From the NCBI GenBank assembly GCA_964057225.1, contig OZ059894.1:12586001-12650000 (forward strand): DNA of 64,000 bases, in the 5' to 3' direction. The notes below the pieces were generated by a model. The model worked only from the letters and a program-made list of their open reading frames with translations. It searched no databases and had not been told where the DNA came from. This document shows positions 1 through 11,120 of this stretch, in pieces (positions within the stretch are counted from its first letter, which is position 1; the number at the start of each line of letters is the position of its first letter). Source of the stretch: Auanema rhodensis. Its lineage: Eukaryota; Animalia; Nematoda. The position numbers and the translations under genes are program-made.

Positions 1-78
1 TTAATGTTTCAAATCTTAATGAACGAATTAATTGTTTCAAAACTATTGTAAAAATATGAGATTGTTTCAAAATACGTG

Positions 79-251
79 ATTAAATGAAGAAAATAGAGTA
101 AAATGAATTGGAATATTATAAAATATTTTCATGTTTTATTTCTTGAGTATCAAAATATTCAAACTTTTTTTTTTCACTGTTTAAAATCTTAATGAACGAA
201 TGAATTGTTTCAAAACTATTGTAAAAATATGAGATTGTTTCAAAATACGTG
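79..251 (+). repeat. Representative class A monomer (173 bp; tail tttcttgagtWtcaaaatattcaaac-T10-cactgttYaaaatcttaat)
   Basis: TACGTG at 73 and 246 gives 173 bp. T10 tract at 165-174. Confidence 0.95.
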
Positions 252-426
252 ATTAAATGAAGGAAATGGAGTAAAATGAATTGGAAAATTATAAAATATT
301 TCCATGTTTTATTTTCTTAGTATCAGAAAATTCAAATTAAGATCGTTTTTAATGTTTCAAATCTTAATGAACGAATTAATTGTTTCAAAACTATTGTAAA
401 AATATGAGATTGTTTCAAAATACGTG
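252..426 (+). repeat. Representative class B monomer (175 bp; tail ttttYttagtatcagaaaattcaaattaagatcgtttttaatgtttcaaatctYaat)
   Basis: TACGTG at 246 and 421 gives 175 bp. Carries a GATC site absent from class A. Confidence 0.95.
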
Positions 427-1029
427 ATTAAATGAAGAAAATAGAGTAAAATGAATTGGAATATTATAAAATATTTTCATGTTTTATTTCTTGAGTATCA
501 AAATATTCAAACTTTTTTTTTTCACTGTTTAAAATCTTAATGAACGAATGAATTGTTTCAAAACTATTGTAAAAATATGAGATTGTTTCAAAATACGTGA
601 TTAAATGAAGGAAATGGAGTAAAATGAATTGGAAAATTATAAAATATTTTCATGTTTTATTTCTTGAGTATCAAAATATTCAAACTTTTTTTTTTCACTG
701 TTCAAAATCTTAATGAACGAATGAATTGTTTCAAAACTATTGTAAAAATTTGAGATTGTTTCAAAATACGTGATTAAATGAAGAAAATGGAGTAAAATGA
801 ATTGGAAAATTATAAAATATTTCCATGTTTTATTTTTTTAGTATCAGAAAATTCCAATTAAGATCGTTTTTAATGTTTCAAATCTCAATGAACGAATGAA
901 TTGTTTCAAAACTATTGTAAAAATATGAGATTGTTTCAAAATACGTGATTAAATGAAGAAAATGGAGTAAAATGAATTGGAAAATTATAAAATATTTTCA
1001 TGTTTTATTTCTTGAGTTTCAAAATATTC

Positions 1030-2770
1030 AAACTTTTTTTTTTCACTGTTTAAAATCTTAATGAACGAATGAATTGTTTCAAAACTATTGTAAAAATATG
1101 AGATTGTTTCAAAATACGTGATTAAATAAAGAAAATGGAATAAAATGAATTGGAAAATTATAAAAAATTTCCATGTTTTATTTTCTTAGTATCAGAAAAT
1201 TCAAATTAAGATCGTTTTTAATGTTTCAAATCTTAATAAACGAATGAATTGTTTCAAAACTATTGTGAAAATATGAGATTGTTTCAAAATACGTGATTAA
1301 ATGAAGAAAATGGAGTAAAATGAATTGGAAAATTATAAAATATTTTCATGTTTTATTTCTTGAGTATCAAAATATTCAAAATTATATCTTTTTTACTGTT
1401 AAAAACATTATTAACTGGATGATTTGTTTCGAAATTATTGCAAAAATATGAGATTGTTTCAAAATACGTGATTAAATGAAGAAAATGGAGTAAAATGAAT
1501 TGGAAAATTATAAAATATTTTCCTGTTTTATTTCTTGAGTTTCAAAATATTCAAACTTTTTTTTTTCACTGTTTAAAATCTTAATGAACGAATGAATTGT
1601 TTCAAAACTATTGTAAAAATATGAGATTGTTTCAAAATACGTGATTAAATGAAGAAAATAGAGTAAAATGAATTGGAATATTATAAAATATTTTCATGTT
1701 TTATTTCTTGAGTATCAAAATATTCAAACTTTTTTTTTTCACTGTTTAAAATCTTAATGAACGAATGAATTGTTTCAAAACTATTGTAAAAATATGAGAT
1801 TGTTTCAAAATACGTGATTAAATGAAGAAAATGGAGTAAAATGAATTGGAAAATTATAAAATATTTTCATGTTTTATTTCTTGAGTTTCAAAATATTCAA
1901 ACTTTTTTTTTTCACTGTTTAAAATCTTAATGAACGAATGAATTGTTTCAAAACTATTGTAAAAATATGAGATTGTTTCAAAATACGTGATTAAATGAAG
2001 AAAATGGAGTAAAATGAATTGGAAAATTATAAAATATTTCCATGTTTTATTTTCTTAGTATCAGAAAATTCAAATTAAGATCGTTTTTAATGTTTCAAAT
2101 CTTAATGAACGAATGAATTGTTTCAAAACTATTGTGAAAATATGAGATTGTTTCAAAATACGTGATTAAATGAAGAAAATGGAGTAAAATGAATTGGAAA
2201 ATTATAAAATATTTTCATGTTTTATTTCTTGAGTATCAAAATATTCAAAATTATATCTTTTTTACTGTTAAAAACATTATTAACTGGATGATTTGTTTCG
2301 AAATTATTGCAAAAATATGAGATTGTTTCAAAATACGTGATTAAATGAAGAAAATGGAGTAAAATGAATTGGAAAATTATAAAATATTTTCCTGTTTTAT
2401 TTCTTGAGTTTCAAAATATTCAAACTTTTTTTTTTCACTGTTTAAAATCTTAATAAACGAATGAATTGTTTCAAAACTATTGTAAAAATATGAGATTGTT
2501 TCAAAATACGTGATTAAATGAAGAAAATAGAGTAAAATGAATTGGAATATTATAAAATATTTTCATGTTTTATTTCTTGAGTATCAAAATATTCAAACTT
2601 TTTTTTTTCACTGTTTAAAATCTTAATGAACGAATGAATTGTTTCAAAACTATTGTAAAAATATGAGATTGTTTCAAAATACGTGATTAAATGAAGAAAA
2701 TGGAGTAAAATGAATTGGAAAATTATAAAATATTTTCATGTTTTATTTCTTGAGTTTCAAAATATTCAAA
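1030..2770 (+). repeat. 5-monomer tandem duplication (B-C0-A-A-A, 869 bp period)
   Basis: C0 tails at 1381 and 2250 differ by 869 = 3x173 + 2x175. Shared 'tgtgaaaat' and 'tcctg' variants. Edges approximate. Confidence 0.85.
1296..1470 (+). repeat. C0 monomer (175 bp; attcaaaattatatcttttttactgttaaaaacattattaactggatg...ttattgcaaaa); further copies at 2165-2339, 47063-47237, 50193-50367, 56627-56801, 58713-58887
   Basis: Diagnostic tail read directly. Each copy is followed by an A monomer carrying the 'ttttcctg' variant. Confidence 0.9.
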
Positions 2771-5700
2771 CTTTTTTTTTTCACTGTTTAAAATCTTAAT
2801 GAACGAATGAATTGTTTCAAAACTATTGTAAAAATATGAGATTGTTTCAAAATACGTGATTAAATGAAGAAAATGGAGTAAAATGAATTGGAAAATTATA
2901 AAATATTTCCATGTTTTATTTTCTTAGTATCAGAAAATTCAAATTAAGATCGTTTTTAATGTTTCAAATCTTAATGAACGAATTAATTGTTTCAAAACTA
3001 TTGTAAAAATATGAGATTGTTTCAAAATACGTGATTAAATGAAGAAAATAGAGTAAAATGAATTGGAATATTATAAAATATTTTCATGTTTTATTTCTTG
3101 AGTATCAAAATATTCAAACTTTTTTTTTTCACTGTTTAAAATCTTAATGAACGAATGAATTGTTTCAAAACTATTGTAAAAATATGAGATTGTTTCAAAA
3201 TACGTGATTAAATGAAGAAAATGGAGTAAAATGAATTGGAAAATTATAAAATATTTTCATGTTTTATTTCTTGAGTTTCAAAATATTCAAATTAAGATCG
3301 TTTTTAATGTTTCAAATCTTAATGAACGAATTAATTGTTTCAAAACTATTGTAAAAATATGAGATTGTTTCAAAATACGTGATTAAATGAAGAAAATAGA
3401 GTAAAATGAATTGGAAAATTATAAAATATTTCCATGTTTTATTTTCTTAGTATCAGAAAATTCAAATTAAGATCGTTTTTAATGTTTCAAATCTTAATGA
3501 ACGAATTAATTGTTTCAAAACTATTGTAAAAATATGAGATTGTTTCAAAATACGTGATTAAATGAAGAAAATAGAGTAAAATGAATTGGAAAATTATAAA
3601 ATATTCCCATGTTTTATTTTCTTAGTATCAGAAAATTCAAATTAAGATCGTTTTTAATGTTTCAAATCTTAATGAACGAATGAATTGTTTCGAAACTATT
3701 GTAAAAATATGAGATTGTTTCAAAATACGTGATTAAATGAAGAAAATAGAGTAAAATGAATTGGAATATTATAAAATATTTTCATGTTTTATTTCTTGAG
3801 TATCAAAATATTCAAACTTTTTTTTTTCACTGTTTAAAATCTTAATGAACGAATGAATTGTTTCAAAACTATTGTAAAAATTTGAGATTGTTTCAAAATA
3901 CGTGATTAAATGAAGAAAATAGAGTAAAATGAATTGGAAAATTATAAAATATTTTCATGTTTTATTTCTTGAGTTTCAAAATATTCAAACTTTTTTTTTT
4001 CACTGTTTAAAATCTTAATGAACGAATGAATTGTTTCAAAACTATTGTAAAAATATGAGATTGTTTCAAAATACGTGATTAAATGAAGAAAATGGAGTGA
4101 AATGAATTGGAAAATTATAAAATATTTCCATGTTTTATTTTCTTAGTATCAGAAAATTCAAATTAAGATCGTTTTTAATGTTTCAAATCTCAATGAACGA
4201 ATGAATTGTTTCAAAACTATTGTAAAAATATGAGATTGTTTCAAAATACGTGATTAAATGAAGAAAATGGAGTAAACTGAATTGGAAAATTATAAAATAT
4301 TTTCATGTTTTATTTCTTGAGTATCAAAATATTTAAACTTTTTTTTTTCACTGTTTAAAATCTTACAGAACGAATGAATTGTTTCAAAACTATTGTAAAA
4401 ATTTGAGATTGTTTCAAAATACGTGATTAAATGAAGAAAATGGAGTAAAATGAATTGGAAAATTATAAAATATTTCCATGTTTTATTTTCTTAGTATCAG
4501 AAAATTCAAATTAAGATCGTTTTTAATGTTTCAAATCTTAATGAACGAATTAATTGTTTCAAAACTATTGTAAAAATATGAGATTGTTTCAAAATACGTG
4601 ATTAAATGAAGGAAATGGAGTAAAATGAATTGGAAAATTATAAAATATTTTCATGTTTTATTTCTTGAGTTTCAAAATATTCAAACTTTTTTTTTTCACT
4701 GTTCAAAATCTTAATGAACGAATGAATTGTTTCAAAACTATTGTAAAAATATGAGATTGTTTCAAAATACGTGATTAAATAAAGAAAATGGAATAAAATG
4801 AATTGGAAAATTATAAAAAATTTCCATGTTTTATTTTCTTAGTATCAGAAAATTCAAATTAAGATCGTTTTTAATGTTTCAAATCTTAATGAACGAATGA
4901 ATTGTTTCAAAACTATTGTGAAAATATGAGATTGTTTCAAAATACGTGATTAAATGAAGAAAATGGAGTAAAATGAATTGGAAAATTATAAAATATTTTC
5001 ATGTTTTATTTCTTGAGTATCAAAATATTTAAACTTTTTTTTTTCACTGTTTAAAATCTTACAGAACGAATGAATTGTTTCAAAACTATTGTAAAAATTT
5101 GAGATTGTTTCAAAATACGTGATTAAATGAAGAAAATGGAGTAAAATGAATTGGAAAATTATAAAATATTTCCATGTTTTATTTTCTTAGTATCAGAAAA
5201 TTCAAATTAAGATCGTTTTTAATGTTTCAAATCTTAATGAACGAATTAATTGTTTCAAAACTATTGTAAAAATATGAGATTGTTTCAAAATACGTGATTA
5301 AATGAAGGAAATGGAGTAAAATGAATTGGAAAATTATAAAATATTTTCATGTTTTATTTCTTGAGTTTCAAAATATTCAAACTTTTTTTTTTCACTGTTC
5401 AAAATCTTAATGAACGAATGAATTGTTTCAAAACTATTGTAAAAATTTGAGATTGTTTCAAAATACGTGATTAAAAGAAGAAAATGGAGTAAAATGAATT
5501 GGAAAATTATAAAATATTTCCATGTTTTATTTTTTTAGTATCAGAAAATTCAAATTAAGATCGTTTTTAATGTTTCAAATCTCAATGAACGAATGAATTG
5601 TTTCAAAACTATTGTAAAAATATGAGATTGTTTCAAAATACGTGATTAAATGAAGGAAATGGAGTAAAATGAATTGGAAAATTATAAAATATTTTCATGT

Positions 5701-7259
5701 TTTATTTCTTGAGTTTCAAAATATTCAAACTTTTTTTTTTCACTGTTCAAAATCTTAATGAACGAATGAATTGTTTCAAAACTATTGTAAAAATATGAGA
5801 TTGTTTCAAAATACGTGATTAAATAAAGAAAATGGAATAAAATGAATTGGAAAATTATAAAATATTTCCATGTTTTATTTTCTTAGTATCAGAAAATTCA
5901 AATTAAGATCGTTTTTAATGTTTCAAATCTCAATGAACGAATGAATTGTTTCAAAACTATTGTAAAAATATGAGATTGTTTCAAAATACGTGATTAAATG
6001 AAGAAAATAGAGTAAAATGAATTGGAATATTATAAAATATTTTCATGTTTTATTTCTTGAGTATCAAAATATTCAAACTTTTTTTTTTCACTGTTTAAAA
6101 TCTTAACGAACGAATGAATTGTTTCAAAACTATTGTAAAAATTTGAGATTGTTTCAAAATACGTGATTAAATGAAGAAAATAGAGTAAAATGAATTGGAA
6201 AATTATAAAATATTTTCATGTTTTATTTCTTGAGTTTCAAAATATTCAAACTTTTTTTTTTCACTGTTTAAAATCTTACAGAACGAATGAATTGTTTCAA
6301 AACTATTGTAAAAATATGAGATTGTTTCAAAATACGTGATTAAATGAAGAAAATGCAGTAAAATGAATTGGAAAATTATAAAATATTTCCATGTTTTATT
6401 TTCTTAGTATCAGAAAATTCAAATTAAGATCGTTTTTAATGTTTCAAATCTTAATGAACGAATGAATTGTTTCGAAACTATTGTAAAAATATGAGATTGT
6501 TTCAAAATACGTGATTAAATGAAGAAAATAGAGTAAAATGAATTGGAATATTATAAAATATTTTCATGTTTTATTTCTTGAGTATCAAAATATTCAAACT
6601 TTTTTTTTTCACTGTTTAAAATCTTAACGAACGAATGAATTGTTTCAAAACTATTGTAAAAATTTGAGATTGTTTCAAAATACGTGATTAAATGAAGAAA
6701 ATAGAGTAAAATGAATTGGAAAATTATAAAATATTTTCATGTTTTATTTCTTGAGTTTCAAAATATTCAAACTTTTTTTTTTCACTGTTTAAAATCTTAC
6801 AGAACGAATGAATTGTTTCAAAACTATTGTAAAAATTTGAGATTGTTTCAAAATACGTGATTAAATGAAGAAAATGGAGTAAAATGAATTGGAAAATTAT
6901 AAAATATTTCCATGTTTTATTTTTTTAGTATCAGAAAATTCAAATTAAGATCGTTTTTAATGTTTCAAATCTCAATGAACGAATGAATTGTTTCAAAACT
7001 ATTGTAAAAATTTGAGATTGTTTCAAAATACGTGATTAAATGAAGAAAATAGAGTAAAATGAATTGGAAAATTATAAAATATTTTCATGTTTTATTTCTT
7101 GAGTTTCAAAATATTCAAACTTTTTTTTTTCACTGTTCAAAATCTTAATGAACGAATGAATTGTTTCAAAACTATTGTAAAAATTTGAGATTGTTTCAAA
7201 ATACGTGATTAAAAGAAGAAAATGGAGTAAAATGAATTGGAAAATTATAAAATATTTCC

Positions 7260-8700
7260 ATGTTTTATTTTCTTAGTATCAGAAAATTCAAATTAAGATC
7301 GTTTTTAATGTTTCAAATCTTAATGAACGAATTAATTGTTTCAAAACTATTGTAAAAATATGAGATTGTTTCAAAATACGTGATTAAATGAAGGAAATGG
7401 AGTAAAATGAATTGGAAAATTATAAAATATTTTCATGTTTTATTTCTTGAGTTTCAAAATATTCAAACTTTTTTTTTTCACTGTTCAAAATCTTAATGAA
7501 CGAATGAATTGTTTCAAAACTATTGTAAAAATTTGAGATTGTTTCAAAATACGTGATTAAAAGAAGAAAATGGAGTAAAATGAATTGGAAAATTATAAAA
7601 TATTTCCATGTTTTATTTTTTTAGTATCAGAAAATTCAAATTAAGATCGTTTTTAATGTTTCAAATCTCAATGAACGAATGAATTGTTTCAAAACTATTG
7701 TAAAAATATGAGATTGTTTCAAAATACGTGATTAAATGAAGAAAATAGAGTAAAATGAATTGGAATATTATAAAATATTTTCATGTTTTATTTCTTGAGT
7801 ATCAAAATATTCAAACTTTTTTTTTTCACTGTTTAAAATCTTAATGAACGAATGAATTGTTTCAAAACTATTGTAAAAATATGAGATTGTTTCAAAATAC
7901 GTGATTAAATGAAGAAAATGGAGTAAAATGAATTGGAAAATTATAAAATATTTCCATGTTTTATTTTCTTAGTATCAGAAAATTCAAATTAAGATCGTTT
8001 TTAATGTTTCAAATCTTAATGAACGAATTAATTGTTTCAAAACTATTGTAAAAATATGAGATTGTTTCAAAATACGTGATTAAATGAAGGAAATGGAGTA
8101 AAATGAATTGGAAAATTATAAAATATTTTCATGTTTTATTTCTTGAGTTTCAAAATATTCAAACTTTTTTTTTTCACTGTTCAAAATCTTAATGAACGAA
8201 TGAATTGTTTCAAAACTATTGTAAAAATTTGAGATTGTTTCAAAATACGTGATTAAAAGAAGAAAATGGAGTAAAATGAATTGGAAAATTATAAAATATT
8301 TCCATGTTTTATTTTTTTAGTATCAGAAAATTCAAATTAAGATCGTTTTTAATGTTTCAAATCTCAATGAACGAATGAATTGTTTCAAAACTATTGTAAA
8401 AATATGAGATTGTTTCAAAATACGTGATTAAATGAAGAAAATAGAGTAAAATGAATTGGAATATTATAAAATATTTTCATGTTTTATTTCTTGAGTATCA
8501 AAATATTCAAACTTTTTTTTTTCACTGTTTAAAATCTTAATGAACGAATGAATTGTTTCAAAACTATTGTAAAAATATGAGATTGTTTCAAAATACGTGA
8601 TTAAATGAAGAAAATGGAGTAAAATGAATTGGAAAATTATAAAATATTTCCATGTTTTATTTTCTTAGTATCAGAAAATTCAAATTAAGATCGTTTTTAA
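7260..8700 (+). repeat. 4-monomer tandem duplication (A-B-A-B, 696 bp period)
   Basis: Rare 'acgtgattaaaagaag' variant at 7551 and 8247, offset 696 = 2x173 + 2x175. Edges approximate. Confidence 0.75.
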
Positions 8701-11120
8701 TGTTTCAAATCTTAATGAACGAATGAATTGTTTCGAAACTATTGTAAAAATATGAGATTGTTTCAAAATACGTGATTAAATGAAGAAAATAGAGTAAAAT
8801 GAATTGGAATATTATAAAATATTTTCATGTTTTATTTCTTGAGTATCAAAATATTCAAACTTTTTTTTTTCACTGTTTAAAATCTTAACGAACGAATGAA
8901 TTGTTTCAAAACTATTGTAAAAATTTGAGATTGTTTCAAAGTACGTGATTAAATGAAGAAAATAGAGTAAAATGAATTGGAAAATTATAAAATATTTTCA
9001 TGTTTTATTTCTTGAGTTTCAAAATATTCAAACTTTTTTTTTTCACTGTTTAAAATCTTAATGAACGAATGAATTGTTTCAAAACTATTATAAAAATATG
9101 AGATTGTTTCAAAATACGTGATTAAATGAAGAAAATGGAGTAAAATGAATTGGAAAATTATAAAATATTTCCATGTTTTATTTTCTTAGTATCAGAAAAT
9201 TCAAATTAAGATCGTTTTTAATGTTTCAAATCTCAATGAACGAATGAATTGTTTCAAAACTATTGTAAAAATATGAGATTGTTTCAAAATACGTGATTAA
9301 ATGAAGAAAATGGAGTAAAATGAATTGGAAAATTATAAAATATTTCCATGTTTTATTTTCTTAGTATCAGAAAATTCAAATTAAGATCGTTTTTAATGTT
9401 TCAAATCTTAATGAACGAATGAATTGTTTCGAAACTATTGTAAAAATATGAGATTGTTTCAAAATACGTGATTAAATGAAGAAAATAGAGTAAAATGAAT
9501 TGGAATATTATAAAATATTTTCATGTTTTATTTCTTGAGTATCAAAATATTCAAACTTTTTTTTTTCACTGTTTAAAATCTTAATGAACGAATGAATTGT
9601 TTCAAAACTATTGTAAAAATTTGAGATTGTTTCAAAATACGTGATTAAATGAAGAAAATAGAGTAAAATGAATTGGAAAATTATAAAATATTTTCATGTT
9701 TTATTTCTTGAGTTTCAAAATATTCAAACTTTTTTTTTTCACTGTTTAAAATCTTAATGAACGAATGAATTGTTTCAAAACTATTATAAAAATATGAGAT
9801 TGTTTCAAAATACGTGATTAAATGAAGAAAATGGAGTAAAATGAATTGAAAAATTATAAAATATTTCCATGTTTTATTTTCTTAGTATCAGAAAATTCAA
9901 ATTAAGATCGTTTTTAATGTTTCAAATCTTAATGAACGAATGAATTGTTTCGAAACTATTGTAAAAATATGAGATTGTTTCAAAATACGTGATTAAATGA
10001 AGAAAATAGAGTAAAATGAATTGGAATATTATAAAATATTTTCATGTTTTATTTCTTGAGTATCAAAATATTCAAACTTTTTTTTTTCACTGTTTAAAAT
10101 CTTAACGAACGAATGAATTGTTTCAAAACTATTGTAAAAATTTGAGATTGTTTCAAAATACGTGATTAAATGAAGAAAATAGAGTAAAATGAATTGGAAA
10201 ATTATAAAATATTTTCATGTTTTATTTCTTGAGTTTCAAAATATTCAAACTTTTTTTTTTCACTGTTTAAAATCTTAATGAACGAATGAATTGTTTCAAA
10301 ACTATTATAAAAATATGAGATTGTTTCAAAATACGTGATTAAATGAAGAAAATGGAGTAAAATGAATTGGAAAATTATAAAATATTTCCATGTTTTATTT
10401 TCTTAGTATCAGAAAATTCAAATTAAGATCGTTTTTAATGTTTCAAATCTCAATGAACGAATGAATTGTTTCAAAACTATTGTAAAAATATGAGATTGTT
10501 TCAAAATACGTGATTAAATGAAGAAAATGGAGTAAAATGAATTGGAAAATTATAAAATATTTCCATGTTTTATTTTCTTAGTATCAGAAAATTCAAATTA
10601 AGATCGTTTTTAATGTTTCAAATCTTAATGAACGAATGAATTGTTTCGAAACTATTGTAAAAATATGAGATTGTTTCAAAATACGTGATTAAATGAAGAA
10701 AATAGAGTAAAATGAATTGGAATATTATAAAATATTTTCATGTTTTATTTCTTGAGTATCAAAATATTCAAACTTTTTTTTTTCACTGTTTAAAATCTTA
10801 ATGAACGAATGAATTGTTTCAAAACTATTGTAAAAATTTGAGATTGTTTCAAAATACGTGATTAAATGAAGAAAATAGAGTAAAATGAATTGGAAAATTA
10901 TAAAATATTTTCATGTTTTATTTCTTGAGTTTCAAAATATTCAAACTTTTTTTTTTCACTGTTTAAAATCTTAATGAACGAATGAATTGTTTCAAAACTA
11001 TTATAAAAATATGAGATTGTTTCAAAATACGTGATTAAATGAAGAAAATGGAGTAAAATGAATTGAAAAATTATAAAATATTTCCATGTTTTATTTTCTT
11101 AGTATCAGAAAATTCAAATT
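8660..11120 (+). repeat. 7-monomer tandem duplication (4A+3B, 1217 bp period)
   Basis: 'ttcgaaact' pairs at 8734/9951 and 9430/10647, and 'atgaattgaaaaa' at 9841/11058, are all offset by 1217. Edges approximate. Confidence 0.85.

Noticed and set aside
71-82. TACGTG / ATCACGTA resembling a HIF-type response element or yeast CDEI (RTCACRTG)
   Set aside because: It is a short motif with a mismatch to CDEI, lost in C2/C3, and has no supporting context. It cannot be called a regulatory site from sequence alone.
164-176. T10 tract as an intrinsic terminator or retroelement poly(A) tail
   Set aside because: There is no GC-rich hairpin, no target-site duplication and no element body. It is an integral part of the class A monomer.
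1426-1445. CENP-B box candidate (TTTCG... in C monomers)
   Set aside because: The canonical box needs TTCGnnnnAnnCGGG, and no CGGG occurs in any monomer class.
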